64,000 nt of DNA from positions 1,024,613 to 1,088,612 of the forward strand of contig CAWIYR010000002.1 in the NCBI GenBank assembly GCA_963840375.1, read 5' to 3'. The stretch is from an uncultured Chloroflexia bacterium (GTDB taxonomy: Bacteria > Chloroflexota > Limnocylindria > Limnocylindrales > CSP1-4). The notes below the pieces were generated by a model, which saw nothing but the letters and a program-made list of their open reading frames with translations, had not been told where the DNA came from and did no database searches. The position numbers and the translations under genes are program-made. Shown in pieces: positions 1-8,254 of the stretch (the stretch's first letter is position 1; every line of letters starts with the position of its first letter).

Positions 1-139
1 ACGTGCAGGTTCCCTCCTGGTGGCGGGCGCCATCGACCCGCCGTGATGGCTCGATCTCAGGGCTCATCGTCGCCAGGGGGGATGAACGGGTCGTCAGCGG
101 GTCGTTGCGCTCGCGTTAACAGTCGGACGCGACGCGGGA

Positions 140-484
140 TCAGTCGCCCGGGGGCGTCCCGCGGTAGGCGATGACCTCGATCGACTCGAGGGTGATCAGC
201 CCGTCGACGACCATCGCGTCGAGCTCGGGGAGGATGGCCCGGAGGCGGTCCTCGCCATCGACGACCTCGATGAGGATCGGCAGGTCCTCCGACAGGCGCA
301 GGATCCGCGCGGTATGGAGGCGGGCCTTCGCGCCGTAGCCCTCGATCCCGCGGAGGACGGTCGCGCCGGCGATGCCCCGCTCACGGAGGAGTTCCACGAT
401 CGCCCGGTAGAGCGGCTTGCCGTGGTGCTGGTCCGCCTCGCCGATGTAGATCCGGGCGAGCAGCGCGGGTCCGTCGATGCGCAT
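140..484 (-). CDS. DUF190-family small protein (PII-like), usual companion of CrcB
   Basis: 114-aa ORF with high GC3. The core LYRAIVELLRERGIAGATVLRGIEGYG is typical of DUF190. It lies 12 nt downstream of crcB on the same strand. Confidence 0.8.
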   Translation of the reverse strand: MRIDGPALLARIYIGEADQHHGKPLYRAIVELLRERGIAGATVLRGIEGYGAKARLHTARILRLSEDLPILIEVVDGEDRLRAILPELDAMVVDGLITLESIEVIAYRGTPPGD

Positions 485-496
485 GATCTCCGCCTC

Positions 497-892
497 CTAG
501 GCGATCGCGCGGCCGAGGGCGAGACCGGCGAAGACGGCGGCCAGGCCGAGCGCGACCGATCCGCCGAGGTTGGCGAGGGCCGGCACCCAGCTCCCGGCCT
601 CGATGAGGCGCCAGCTCTCGAGCATCCACGTCGAGAAGGTGGTGTACGCCCCGATGAAGCCGATGAGGACCGGCCCCCGGATGTCGGGGCTGAGGACCGA
701 TCGGTCGATGGCCAGCGCGGCGAGCAAGCCGAGCACGAAGGACCCGCTGACGTTGACCGTCAGGGTCCCCCACGGGAACCCGCCACGGGAGGCGTCGGAG
801 ACCCAGCCATCGACGAGATAGCGCGCGATCGCGCCGGCGAAGCCACCGAACCCGATGAGGACGAGGTGCACCCGCGGACGATAGCGCATCAT
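497..892 (-). CDS. crcB: Fluoride ion channel CrcB/FluC
   Basis: ORF 497..973 trimmed to the ATG pair at 892/889 (MMRYRP). Four hydrophobic helices; motifs GFGGFAGAIARY and GFIGAYTTFSTW are characteristic of CrcB. Confidence 0.85.
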   Translation of the reverse strand: MMRYRPRVHLVLIGFGGFAGAIARYLVDGWVSDASRGGFPWGTLTVNVSGSFVLGLLAALAIDRSVLSPDIRGPVLIGFIGAYTTFSTWMLESWRLIEAGSWVPALANLGGSVALGLAAVFAGLALGRAIA

Positions 893-960
893 TGGAGGCG
901 GCGGCCGCGACCGGTGCGCCGGCCAGCCCCCTCGATCCATCCCTCGGAGACGACGATCCG

Positions 961-1509
961 GTGACGAACGCAACGAAGCACGATCGCGACGAGGCCGACC
1001 GGGCCTTCCGCAAGGCCTGGAAGCTCCTCGGTCGCCTCGAGCGACGTCTCGTGGCCGCCCGGGCCGAGGAGGAGCGCCGGACCCGCCAGCTCGGCGACGG
1101 GACCGGCAAGAAGACGGCGAAGCGGCTCACCCAGCTCGAGGCTGCCCAGTCCGAGATCGCCGAGATCGAGGGACTCCTGACGGAGCTCTCGGAGCTCATC
1201 GCGTCAACCTCGCAGACCCAGTCGGGGCGTTTGGTCCAGGACGTGGCGCGGGAGGTCGCGGCATCGATCAAGGCCGATGCCGCCGCCGAGCCCGACGGCT
1301 GGCCCGACGGCACGCCGACGAATGGACGCGGGTCCATCCGGGGACGCCGGCCGAGTCCCGCCATCCGGCCGGCGGCCACACAACGGAAGGTTGGCCGGAG
1401 GACCCCGGCCCGGAAGCCGCGCGCGGCGGCCGGCCCGTCATCGGCGGCGAAGCCGACGACTCGTCGACGCCGCCCGCCGTCCTCGCCCCCGCCGCCGGCG
1501 GAGCCGTGA
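961..1509 (+). CDS. Hypothetical protein with a coiled-coil-like N-half and a Pro/Arg-rich basic tail; coupled to ppx
   Basis: Frame of ORF 892..1509. GC3 bias is strong from GTG 961, with GGAG about 11 nt upstream. The stop overlaps the ppx GTG start (GTGA at 1506-1509). No family recognised. Confidence 0.5.
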   Translation: MTNATKHDRDEADRAFRKAWKLLGRLERRLVAARAEEERRTRQLGDGTGKKTAKRLTQLEAAQSEIAEIEGLLTELSELIASTSQTQSGRLVQDVAREVAASIKADAAAEPDGWPDGTPTNGRGSIRGRRPSPAIRPAATQRKVGRRTPARKPRAAAGPSSAAKPTTRRRRPPSSPPPPAEP

Positions 1510-2486
1510 CGGCCACCCGCGGGACCGCCGCGAGGGAGGCCGGCCGGGTCACCCGCGCGGCCGCCGTCGATATCGGGTCGACCTCCGTCCATCTCCTCGT
1601 CGGTGAGGTCGCCGAGGGCGGGCTGACCTCGCTCCTCGACCTCTCCGAGCTGCTCGGGCTCGGGGCCCGGATCGAGGCGGAGGGGCTGCTCGGCCCGGTC
1701 GTCCGGGCCGAGCTCGCGGAGATCATGTCGACGTATGCCGACGAGGCGCGTCGTCTCGCTCCCGACGTGGTCGTCTTCGTCAGCACGGACCCGCTGCGCC
1801 ACGCCGCCGATGCCGCCCGGGCGGCCCACGAGATCGAGCGCGCCGCCGGGATCCCGGTCCACGTCCTCGACCAGGCCGAGGAAGGCGCGCTCACCCTGCT
1901 GGGAGTGGCCGGCTCCGGACCTCATGGCGATCTCTCGGTCGTCGACATCGGTGGCGGGAGCACCGAGATCGTCCTGGCCGGACCGGGTGGGATCCGTGAG
2001 GTCGTGGGATTGCCGCTCGGCGCCTCCCGACTTAGCGCGGTCGTCGATCCGGACGACCCGCCGACGGTCGCCCAGGTGGCCGCCTTGCGCGACGAGGTCG
2101 ACCGGATCCTTGCCGTGGCACCGGACCTGGAGCTGGGCGAGGTCGTCTGGGTCGGCGGGACCGCCTACGGGGTGGCGCGCGTGGCGACGGGACCCGGGTA
2201 CGGCGAGCGGCTCGTCGATCGCCAGGGGATCGACCTGGCCGTGGCGGTGGCCGGGCGAGAGCCGTCGGCTCGGGTCGCGGAGGAGTTCGGGCTGAACCCT
2301 CGCCGGGCGCGGATCCTGCCGGCCGGGGTCGCGATCCTCGATGGCATCGTCCGGCGCTACGGTCTCGAGCGGATCCGGATCTCCGAGTACGGGATCCGCG
2401 AGGGTCTGGTCCTGGCGATGGCCCGCGACGGCCTCGCCTGGCGCGACCGCCTTGCCGCGACGGCGCATCCCCGCCAGGCGGGGTAG
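1506..2486 (+). CDS. ppx: Ppx/GppA-family exopolyphosphatase
   Basis: 326-aa ORF. AVDIGSTSVHLLV and VVDIGGGSTEIV are the ASKHA-fold phosphate-binding motifs of the Ppx/GppA family. Confidence 0.85.
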   Translation: MTATRGTAAREAGRVTRAAAVDIGSTSVHLLVGEVAEGGLTSLLDLSELLGLGARIEAEGLLGPVVRAELAEIMSTYADEARRLAPDVVVFVSTDPLRHAADAARAAHEIERAAGIPVHVLDQAEEGALTLLGVAGSGPHGDLSVVDIGGGSTEIVLAGPGGIREVVGLPLGASRLSAVVDPDDPPTVAQVAALRDEVDRILAVAPDLELGEVVWVGGTAYGVARVATGPGYGERLVDRQGIDLAVAVAGREPSARVAEEFGLNPRRARILPAGVAILDGIVRRYGLERIRISEYGIREGLVLAMARDGLAWRDRLAATAHPRQAG

Positions 2487-2492
2487 GTCCGC

Positions 2493-3578
2493 CTAGAGGG
2501 CCGCCAGCGTCCGTCCGAGCGCGCGTCGGAAGGTGAGTCCGGCGATCCCGCGCCAGGGCACCCCGACCGTCCGCTTGAGGCGCGCCACCTCGCGCTCACG
2601 GGCCACGAGGTAGCGGCCGATCGCCGCGCTCTCCGCGTCGCTCAGCTGGCCGCTGTGCTCGACCAGGAAGGTCCGGGCCATATGGCCGGCGACCTCGGCG
2701 TCGTTCATGGCACCGAGGTGATCCTGGAGCGCGACGACCCGGGAGATCAGGGCGGGTGCCTCGGGTCCGAGCGCCTCGCGCACGAACTCGAGGGTGTAGC
2801 GCAGGCGCTTGGCCTCGATCCGGAGCTGGTGGAGGGTCGGCACGTCGGCCCACTTGAGGACCGCCTCGTACGCCCGGACCTGCTCGTAGGCGAGCCAGAT
2901 CCGCGAGCCGGCGGTGTCGCGGACGCGGTGCGGCCGGGCCGGATCCACCGGCTGGACGTCGAGACCGGGGGTCATCACGAACTCCGTGTAGGCCTCGACG
3001 AACCGTCGATGCCCGGCCGAGTCCAGCTCCCGGATGAGCAGCTTCCGGCCGGCGTCGCGCTGTTCGCGCCACGACGCGAGGAGCGGCTCGAGACCGCCCT
3101 TCTCGGTCACCGGGAGGGTCTCGGCGAAGGCCTCCGTCGCGTGGAGCAGCACGTCCAGATCGCGGACCGTGCCGAGACGGGCGGCCACGAGGCGGAGACG
3201 TCGTCGGTATCGCCGGGTTCGCTCGGGTCGGTAGCCATCGCCGAAGACACGCCAGGCGGCCCGCATCCGGCGGGTCGACACGCGCATCGCATGGAGCTCC
3301 TCCGGGTCGTCCCCCTCGCGGGTCCCGGCCTCACGGGCGATCATCCGGGCGAGGTGGAACCGGAGCACCTTCCGACCGGCCTCGGAATGGAGGTCGTCGG
3401 CGGCGACGCCGGGCGTCTTGCCGACCGGGATCTCGAGCAGCGGTGCCGCCGGTGGCGTGCCCAGCACGACGGCATCGACGGCCTCGGCCTCCTCGATCAG
3501 CTCGGGAGTGTCGTCGAGGGCCTCGATGTCGATGACCTTGCCTTCGACCGGGCCGTCCTCCGGGCTCGACGTCATCAC
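2493..3578 (-). CDS. CHAD domain protein (probable 3' part of a frame-split CYTH-CHAD gene)
   Basis: Conserved His/Arg helices: EELHAMRVSTRRMRAAWRVF, LGTVRDLDVLL, LHQLRIEAKRLRYTLEF. The frame stays open upstream through the acidic repeat to about 3776. Confidence 0.8.
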   Translation of the reverse strand: MMTSSPEDGPVEGKVIDIEALDDTPELIEEAEAVDAVVLGTPPAAPLLEIPVGKTPGVAADDLHSEAGRKVLRFHLARMIAREAGTREGDDPEELHAMRVSTRRMRAAWRVFGDGYRPERTRRYRRRLRLVAARLGTVRDLDVLLHATEAFAETLPVTEKGGLEPLLASWREQRDAGRKLLIRELDSAGHRRFVEAYTEFVMTPGLDVQPVDPARPHRVRDTAGSRIWLAYEQVRAYEAVLKWADVPTLHQLRIEAKRLRYTLEFVREALGPEAPALISRVVALQDHLGAMNDAEVAGHMARTFLVEHSGQLSDAESAAIGRYLVAREREVARLKRTVGVPWRGIAGLTFRRALGRTLAAL

Positions 3579-4651
3579 CGCGACGAGGCGCTCGGCGTGA
3601 TCGAGCTCGCGGTCCTCGTCCTCGAGCCCCTCGTCGTCGGCCTCAGCCTCCGGCTCGGCCTCAGCATCCGGCTCAGCCTCCGGTTCCGGCTCGGCCGCAG
3701 CCGCCGGCTCCGCCTCGGGCTCCGCCCCCGCCTCAGCCTCGGCCTCGGGCTCGGCCTCGGCCTCGGCCTCGGGCTCTCGGCCTCGGCCTCGGGCTCCTCC
3801 TCCGCCTCCGACTCCGCCTTGGGCTCCGGCTCGGCCACGGGCTCCGGCTCGGCCACGGGCGTCGGCTCATCTTCGGCGTCCGGCTGGACCGCGGCCTCGG
3901 CCTCGGCCTCAGCCTCCGGCCTGGCGTCGGCTTCGGAGCCGAGGGCCGCCTCAGCGGTGGCCTCTTCCTCGACCGTCGCAGCCGTCTCGCCGGCCTGCAC
4001 CCCCGACTGAGGGATCCCGACTCGGGGCACCGCCTGGAGTGCCCGCTGGAACTTGGAGTCGGTGGCCGGGGTCAGACCGTGGTAGCCGTCGAGGAGCGCC
4101 TGGACCGGGGCGAGGTCCGCGGGGGTCCCCCGGGTGAGTTCGATCTCGAGCTCGAGGAAGCGCTCCACGACGCGTCCGCGCGACACCACATCGACCTCGT
4201 CGAGGCTCAGCTCGATCGTCGCCTCGTCGTCCCGCCCGACGAGATCCCGCTTGCGTCGGAACTGGCGGACGGTGACCAGCTCGATGAGGGGAGCGTCGCC
4301 GCACAGCTCGAGGATCAGCGATCGGGCCGCCGAGGCGGGCCAGCTCGACGGGTCCGAGGATCGGTCGGCCGGTCCCTCGAGCTCCTCGCGAGTGTGCAGC
4401 GCGTCGCCGCTCTGCCCCAGCGACTTCACGGAGACGATCGTGCCGCTCGCCGACGTTCGCAGCCGTGCGGCGAACCCACCGCGGGCCAGCAGGCCGTCGG
4501 CCGAGTCGAGGTAGCGATCCTCGTGCTGGGTCGGTCGCGGCGCTCCGGCGGCCCGGAAGCCGCCGAGCGTCTCGGCGGTGAGCAGGCGCTCGCCGATCGC
4601 CCGGTCGACGATCCGGTACTTCAGCTCGATCTCCATCGTCTGCTCCATCAT
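3575..4651 (-). CDS. CYTH (triphosphate tunnel metalloenzyme) domain protein; C-terminal ~70 aa are off-frame repeat translation
   Basis: Starts MEIELKYRI (ExExK signature) and has ELEIEL near the domain end. After ..EEEPEAEAE the sequence switches to SPRPRPRPSPRPRLRR, which is the acidic repeat read out of frame. Confidence 0.8.
   Translation of the reverse strand: MMEQTMEIELKYRIVDRAIGERLLTAETLGGFRAAGAPRPTQHEDRYLDSADGLLARGGFAARLRTSASGTIVSVKSLGQSGDALHTREELEGPADRSSDPSSWPASAARSLILELCGDAPLIELVTVRQFRRKRDLVGRDDEATIELSLDEVDVVSRGRVVERFLELEIELTRGTPADLAPVQALLDGYHGLTPATDSKFQRALQAVPRVGIPQSGVQAGETAATVEEEATAEAALGSEADARPEAEAEAEAAVQPDAEDEPTPVAEPEPVAEPEPKAESEAEEEPEAEAESPRPRPRPSPRPRLRRGRSPRRSRRLRPSRNRRLSRMLRPSRRLRPTTRGSRTRTASSITPSASSR
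3640..3970. repeat. GC-rich hexamer/dodecamer microsatellite-like tract (ggcctc/gggctc)n encoding an (EA/EP)n acidic linker on the minus strand
   Basis: Visible runs of ggcctcgggctcggcctcggcctc. The plus-strand ORF reads as LGLGLGLG and the minus strand as EAEAEPEAEA. Confidence 0.85.
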
Positions 4652-6816
4652 GCCCGTGGGTCGAGGGAGCCGATGCCGGCCCCCGGTCGATGGGGAGCGG
4701 TGGGCTCACGGGCGGACTCCAGGGCGATGGCCTTCATCGCCGCGAAGGTGTCGGTGGATCCCTCGGCCCCGGTCAGCGTCTCGGTCCGGCGCCAGACGGC
4801 GTCGGTCGCCAGCTGCCACGAGCGGCGGTCGTCGGCCAGCATCACGGTCACGATCTCGGCGATCCTGGCCCGGGCCTCGAGGTCCTCGATCGGCACGACC
4901 GCCTCGACGCGCCGGTCGAGGTTGCGCTCCATCAGGTCGGCCGAGCCGATGTACCACTCCTCCTGGCCGCCATTGAGGAAGCCGAAGATCCGCGAGTGCT
5001 CGAGGAACTCGCCGACGATCGACCGGACGTGGACGCGCTCGCTCAGCCCCGGCACACCCGGCCGGACGGAGCAGATCCCACGGACGATCAGGTCGACATC
5101 CACGCCTGCCTGGCTCGCGGCGTAGATCGCCTCGACCGAGGCGGGGTCCACGATCGCGTTGCACTTCAGGACGATCCGTGCCGGATGCCCCGCCCGGGCG
5201 AAGCCGATCTCCCGGTCGATGAGGGCGAGGATCCGCGAACGCAGGCTGTGCGGTGCGACGAGCAGCCTGCGGAAGTCGCGCTGCCGGGAGAGACCGGTCA
5301 GCACGTTGAACAGGTCGGTCGCGTCGGCGCCGAGCTCCGGCCGGCAGGTGAGGAGCCCGAGGTCGACATAGATCCGGGCCGTCTTCGGGTTGTAGTTTCC
5401 TGTCCCGATGTGGACGTAGCGCCGGAGGATCGACCCTTCGCGGCGAACGACGAGGGCGACCTTCGAGTGGGTCTTCAGGCCCACCAGCCCGTAGACGACG
5501 TGGGCGCCGGCCTGCTCCAGCTTGCGCGCCCAATCGATGTTCGCCTCCTCGTCGAAGCGGGCCTTGATCTCCACGAGGACCACGACCTGCTTGCCCCGCT
5601 CGGCCGCCCGGATGAGCTGGTGGACGATGGGCGAGTCGCCCGAGGTGCGATAGAGCGTCTGCTTGATCGTCAGGACGTCGGGATCCTCGGCCGCCTGGGC
5701 GATGAACCGCTCGACCGAGGCGGCGAACGAGTCGTACGGGTGGTGGACCAGGATGTCCCCGTTCCGGATCGCGGCGAAGACGTCGGCCGGCTCATCCTCG
5801 TCCGGGGGCGTGAGGCGGGCCGGAACGACCGGCGTCCAGGTGGGCACCTGGAGGTCGGGTCGGTCCAGGCCGGCCACGGCCCACAACCCGGTGAGGTCGA
5901 GCATCCCGCTCACCTCGTAGCAGTCGTCCTCGCCGAGCCCGATCCCCTCGAGGAGGATCCGTCGGGTCGACTCGGGCATGCTCCGCTCCACCTCGAGTCG
6001 GACCGCCTCGCCGAAGCGCCGACGACGAAGCTCCTCCTCGATCGCGAGGAGGAGGTCGTCCGCCTCGTCCTCCTCGATCGCGAGGTCGGCGTTCCGGGTG
6101 ACCCGGAACAGGTGGGCGTCGGTGATCTCCATGCCGCTGAACAGGGCGTCGAGGTTGTTGGCGATGACCTGGTCGATGAGGACCCAGGTGTGCGGCTCGA
6201 CCTCGATCAGCCGGGGCAGGACCGGCGGGACCTTGACTCGGGCGAAGCGCCGCTCGCCGGTCTCCGGATCGCGCAGGCCCACCGCGATCGACAGGCTCAG
6301 CGTGCTGATGTACGGGAACGGGTGACCGGGGTCCACCGACAGTGGGGTGAGGACCGGGAAGATCTCCTCGAGGAAGCGCTCGCGCAGGCGCGCGTGGTGC
6401 TGGGGGATCTTGTTGTAGCGGACGATCGAGATGCCCTCCTCGGCGAGGGCCCGGCGGATCTCCGAGAAGGCCACCGAATGCTCCGCGACGAGGTGGCGGA
6501 CCACGGTCCGGATGCGGGTCAGCTGCTCGGCGGCCGAGAGGCCGTCCGGCGACAACCGCGCCGAGCGCGCCGCGGCCTGCTGGCGGAGGCCGGCGACCCG
6601 GACCTGGAAGAACTCGTCGAGGTTGTTGGCGAAGATCGCCAGGAACTTGACGCGTTCCAGCAGCGGGTTGCGCGGATCCTTCGCCTCGTGGAGCACGCGG
6701 GCGTTGAAATCGAGCCAGGAGAGCTCGCGATTGATGTAGCGCAGGGCCGCCTTCGTCGGGACGCGACGGAGCCGGGTCGGCCGGGCTTCTGCCTTCGCAG
6801 ACCGTGCGGCGGACAT
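4648..6816 (-). CDS. ppk: Polyphosphate kinase 1
   Basis: ORF 4648..6900 trimmed to MSAARSAKAE (ATG 6816). Motifs RYINRELSWLDFNARVL, FLAIFANNLDEFF and KTHSKVALVVRREG. The stop overlaps the CYTH start (ATGA). Confidence 0.9.
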   Translation of the reverse strand: MSAARSAKAEARPTRLRRVPTKAALRYINRELSWLDFNARVLHEAKDPRNPLLERVKFLAIFANNLDEFFQVRVAGLRQQAAARSARLSPDGLSAAEQLTRIRTVVRHLVAEHSVAFSEIRRALAEEGISIVRYNKIPQHHARLRERFLEEIFPVLTPLSVDPGHPFPYISTLSLSIAVGLRDPETGERRFARVKVPPVLPRLIEVEPHTWVLIDQVIANNLDALFSGMEITDAHLFRVTRNADLAIEEDEADDLLLAIEEELRRRRFGEAVRLEVERSMPESTRRILLEGIGLGEDDCYEVSGMLDLTGLWAVAGLDRPDLQVPTWTPVVPARLTPPDEDEPADVFAAIRNGDILVHHPYDSFAASVERFIAQAAEDPDVLTIKQTLYRTSGDSPIVHQLIRAAERGKQVVVLVEIKARFDEEANIDWARKLEQAGAHVVYGLVGLKTHSKVALVVRREGSILRRYVHIGTGNYNPKTARIYVDLGLLTCRPELGADATDLFNVLTGLSRQRDFRRLLVAPHSLRSRILALIDREIGFARAGHPARIVLKCNAIVDPASVEAIYAASQAGVDVDLIVRGICSVRPGVPGLSERVHVRSIVGEFLEHSRIFGFLNGGQEEWYIGSADLMERNLDRRVEAVVPIEDLEARARIAEIVTVMLADDRRSWQLATDAVWRRTETLTGAEGSTDTFAAMKAIALESAREPTAPHRPGAGIGSLDPRA

Positions 6817-6980
6817 CGGACGTTCGGCTCCTCGACGCGGGTGGTGGACGTCGCCGTGGCACGCGCGCGCACGCTCACCCCTGGCCGACAAGCGTAGCAC
6901 GAGGGGAACGGCCCTCCGCGGGTGCCCGGAGGTCCGGGTCCGTGACCGCCGTCAGTCCTCGATCGGCGACCCTGGGGCGG

Positions 6981-7331
6981 TCAGCCCTCGGCCACGTAGC
7001 GGCGATCGCCGGATCGCGGGTCGAGGAACACCCGCATCCGGACGCCGCTCGTCGGGTCGATGAAGACCTCGTCGGTTCGCTCGAAGCGAGGCTCCGGAGG
7101 GCCGGATGGCTCGCCGCCGCCGGGTCCCACCGGCGGATTCGCCCGATCGTGGTCGTTCGAGCGATAGCGGAACCGCTCGAACCAGGGGACGACCAGGCAG
7201 ACGATCCCCGGGACGAAGAGGAACAGGGAGCCCGTGACCGAGCCTTGTCCGCCCTCGACCAGGACCACGAGGCCGAGGAGGATCAGGGCGACCCCGGAGG
7301 CGACGAGGACGACCCGCGCCGCACCGATCAT
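6981..7331 (-). CDS. Small membrane protein (two predicted TM helices), hypothetical
   Basis: ORF 6981..7745 trimmed to MIGAARVVLVASGVALILLGLVV (ATG 7331). The upstream part of the long ORF is Arg/Pro junk. Confidence 0.55.
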   Translation of the reverse strand: MIGAARVVLVASGVALILLGLVVLVEGGQGSVTGSLFLFVPGIVCLVVPWFERFRYRSNDHDRANPPVGPGGGEPSGPPEPRFERTDEVFIDPTSGVRMRVFLDPRSGDRRYVAEG

Positions 7332-7345
7332 CGGGTGCCCTCCGC

Positions 7346-7693
7346 CTACTCGACGACCGGCGGTGTCGCGGTCGCGTCCGGGACGATCACGACGGCCGTC
7401 CCGTACGCCACGATCTCCGACATCGTCCCGCCCAGCTCCGACGAATCGAAGCGCATCGAGATGACCGCGTTCGCGCCGGTCAGGGTGGCGTTCTGGACCA
7501 TCCGGTCGATGGCCTGGCGGCGGGTGTCCTCGAGGAGCGAGGTGTACTCGTGGATCTCGCCACCCACCAGCGAGCGGAGGCCGGCAGCGAGGTTGCCGGC
7601 CAGGCCGCGGCTGCGCACGACGAGACCGAAGACCTGCCCCTTCGTCTCGGCGACCCGGTGGCCGGAGACATACGGCGTGGTGGCGATGATCAT
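7346..7693 (-). CDS. YbjQ/UPF0145-family protein
   Basis: Starts MIIATTPYVSGHRV and contains GGEIHEYTSLLEDTRRQAIDRMVQNATLTGANAVISMRFD. AGGAGGA lies upstream of ATG 7693. Confidence 0.8.
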   Translation of the reverse strand: MIIATTPYVSGHRVAETKGQVFGLVVRSRGLAGNLAAGLRSLVGGEIHEYTSLLEDTRRQAIDRMVQNATLTGANAVISMRFDSSELGGTMSEIVAYGTAVVIVPDATATPPVVE

Positions 7694-8133
7694 CACGATC
7701 CTCCTGGGCTGGATCCGGGATCGTCGGTCCCGGAGTGACGGGCATGGTCCGGTCGGCCGATCGTCGGGCGGCCCTCGGCGGTGCGCCCCGCCGTGCACTC
7801 CGGACACGGGCACATCGAGCGCAGCACGCCGAACGCGTAGTACCCGGTGTGGTGACCGTCGCCCCAGGTCGGCGCCACCGCGTACTGGCCCACGAGCTGA
7901 AGGTCGACGAGGCGGGTCTGGTCGGCGGTCAGCTCGGGGGCGCTGTCGAGCCAGCCGGGCAAGCCGGCCTCGCCGCGGCAGTAGGCGCACGGGCAGAGCC
8001 AGCGCAGGGTCACGACGTCGTAGGTGGTCAGGTGCCCGTCGCGCCAGGCGATCTCGAGGGTGCCCGCGCCGCGATCGGCGTGGATCCGAGCGGGCGTGGC
8101 CGCCGCGGTCTGGGCCGTGGCATCAGCGGTCAT
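7693..8133 (-). CDS. DUF971 (gamma-butyrobetaine hydroxylase-like N-terminal) domain protein
   Basis: LEIAWRDGHLTTYDVVTLRWLCPCAYC and MCPCPEC Cys motifs. Trimmed to MTADAT (ATG 8133). The stop shares one nt with the ybjQ-like ATG. Confidence 0.7.
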   Translation of the reverse strand: MTADATAQTAAATPARIHADRGAGTLEIAWRDGHLTTYDVVTLRWLCPCAYCRGEAGLPGWLDSAPELTADQTRLVDLQLVGQYAVAPTWGDGHHTGYYAFGVLRSMCPCPECTAGRTAEGRPTIGRPDHARHSGTDDPGSSPGGS

Positions 8134-8242
8134 GGGTCGATTGTAGGCCCTTCCGGGCCCGGCACCCGCCACCTCACATCCACCAGCCGTCCGGTCGGTG
8201 CGGTGACCCGAACGTCCCGGGGACGGTCCGTGACGTCGGGGC

Positions 8243-8248
8243 TATCCT
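8243..8248 (+). promoter_or_regulatory. -10-like hexamer TATCCT placed 6 nt before ATG 8255 (leaderless-type arrangement)
   Basis: TANNNT hexamer, then 6 nt, then ATG. No Shine-Dalgarno sequence in between. Confidence 0.35.
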
Positions 8249-8254
8249 CGCGGC

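Noticed and set aside
1-139. Possible gene end (..RAGSLLVAGAIDPP* in + frame 2) or a minus-strand gene start at the 5' edge
   Set aside because: There is too little sequence to support any call.
893-1000. Possible fluoride (crcB-motif) riboswitch upstream of crcB; the minus strand has GGGAUGG.. and ..CCUCCAAUGAUGCG
   Set aside because: Only fragmentary resemblance. The AUGAUG is simply the double start codon. I found no GGnGAUGG...CnCC P1 helix and no AAACnGCC block, and the space is largely occupied by the divergent hypothetical gene.
381-2468. 695-aa ORF on the minus strand
   Set aside because: It is antisense to crcB, the hypothetical gene and ppx. Its composition is Arg/Pro/Gly junk, typical of open off-frames in very GC-rich DNA.
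3640-3970. Repeat tract considered as a CRISPR-like or other non-coding array
   Set aside because: The units are 6-12 nt with no spacers. The tract lies inside a coding linker and translates to a coherent acidic low-complexity peptide.
2655-4010. 451-aa plus-strand ORF with LGLGLGLG and SGSATGSGSATG repeats
   Set aside because: It is a mirror-image reading of the (EA/EP)n repeat and is antisense to CHAD/CYTH.
4690-6897. 735-aa ORF on the plus strand
   Set aside because: It is antisense to ppk1, which has unmistakable family motifs. Its composition is junk.
6817-6980. Pho box upstream of ppk1 (GTCCACCACCC on the minus strand)
   Set aside because: Only a single weak unit with a mismatched core and no phased second repeat.
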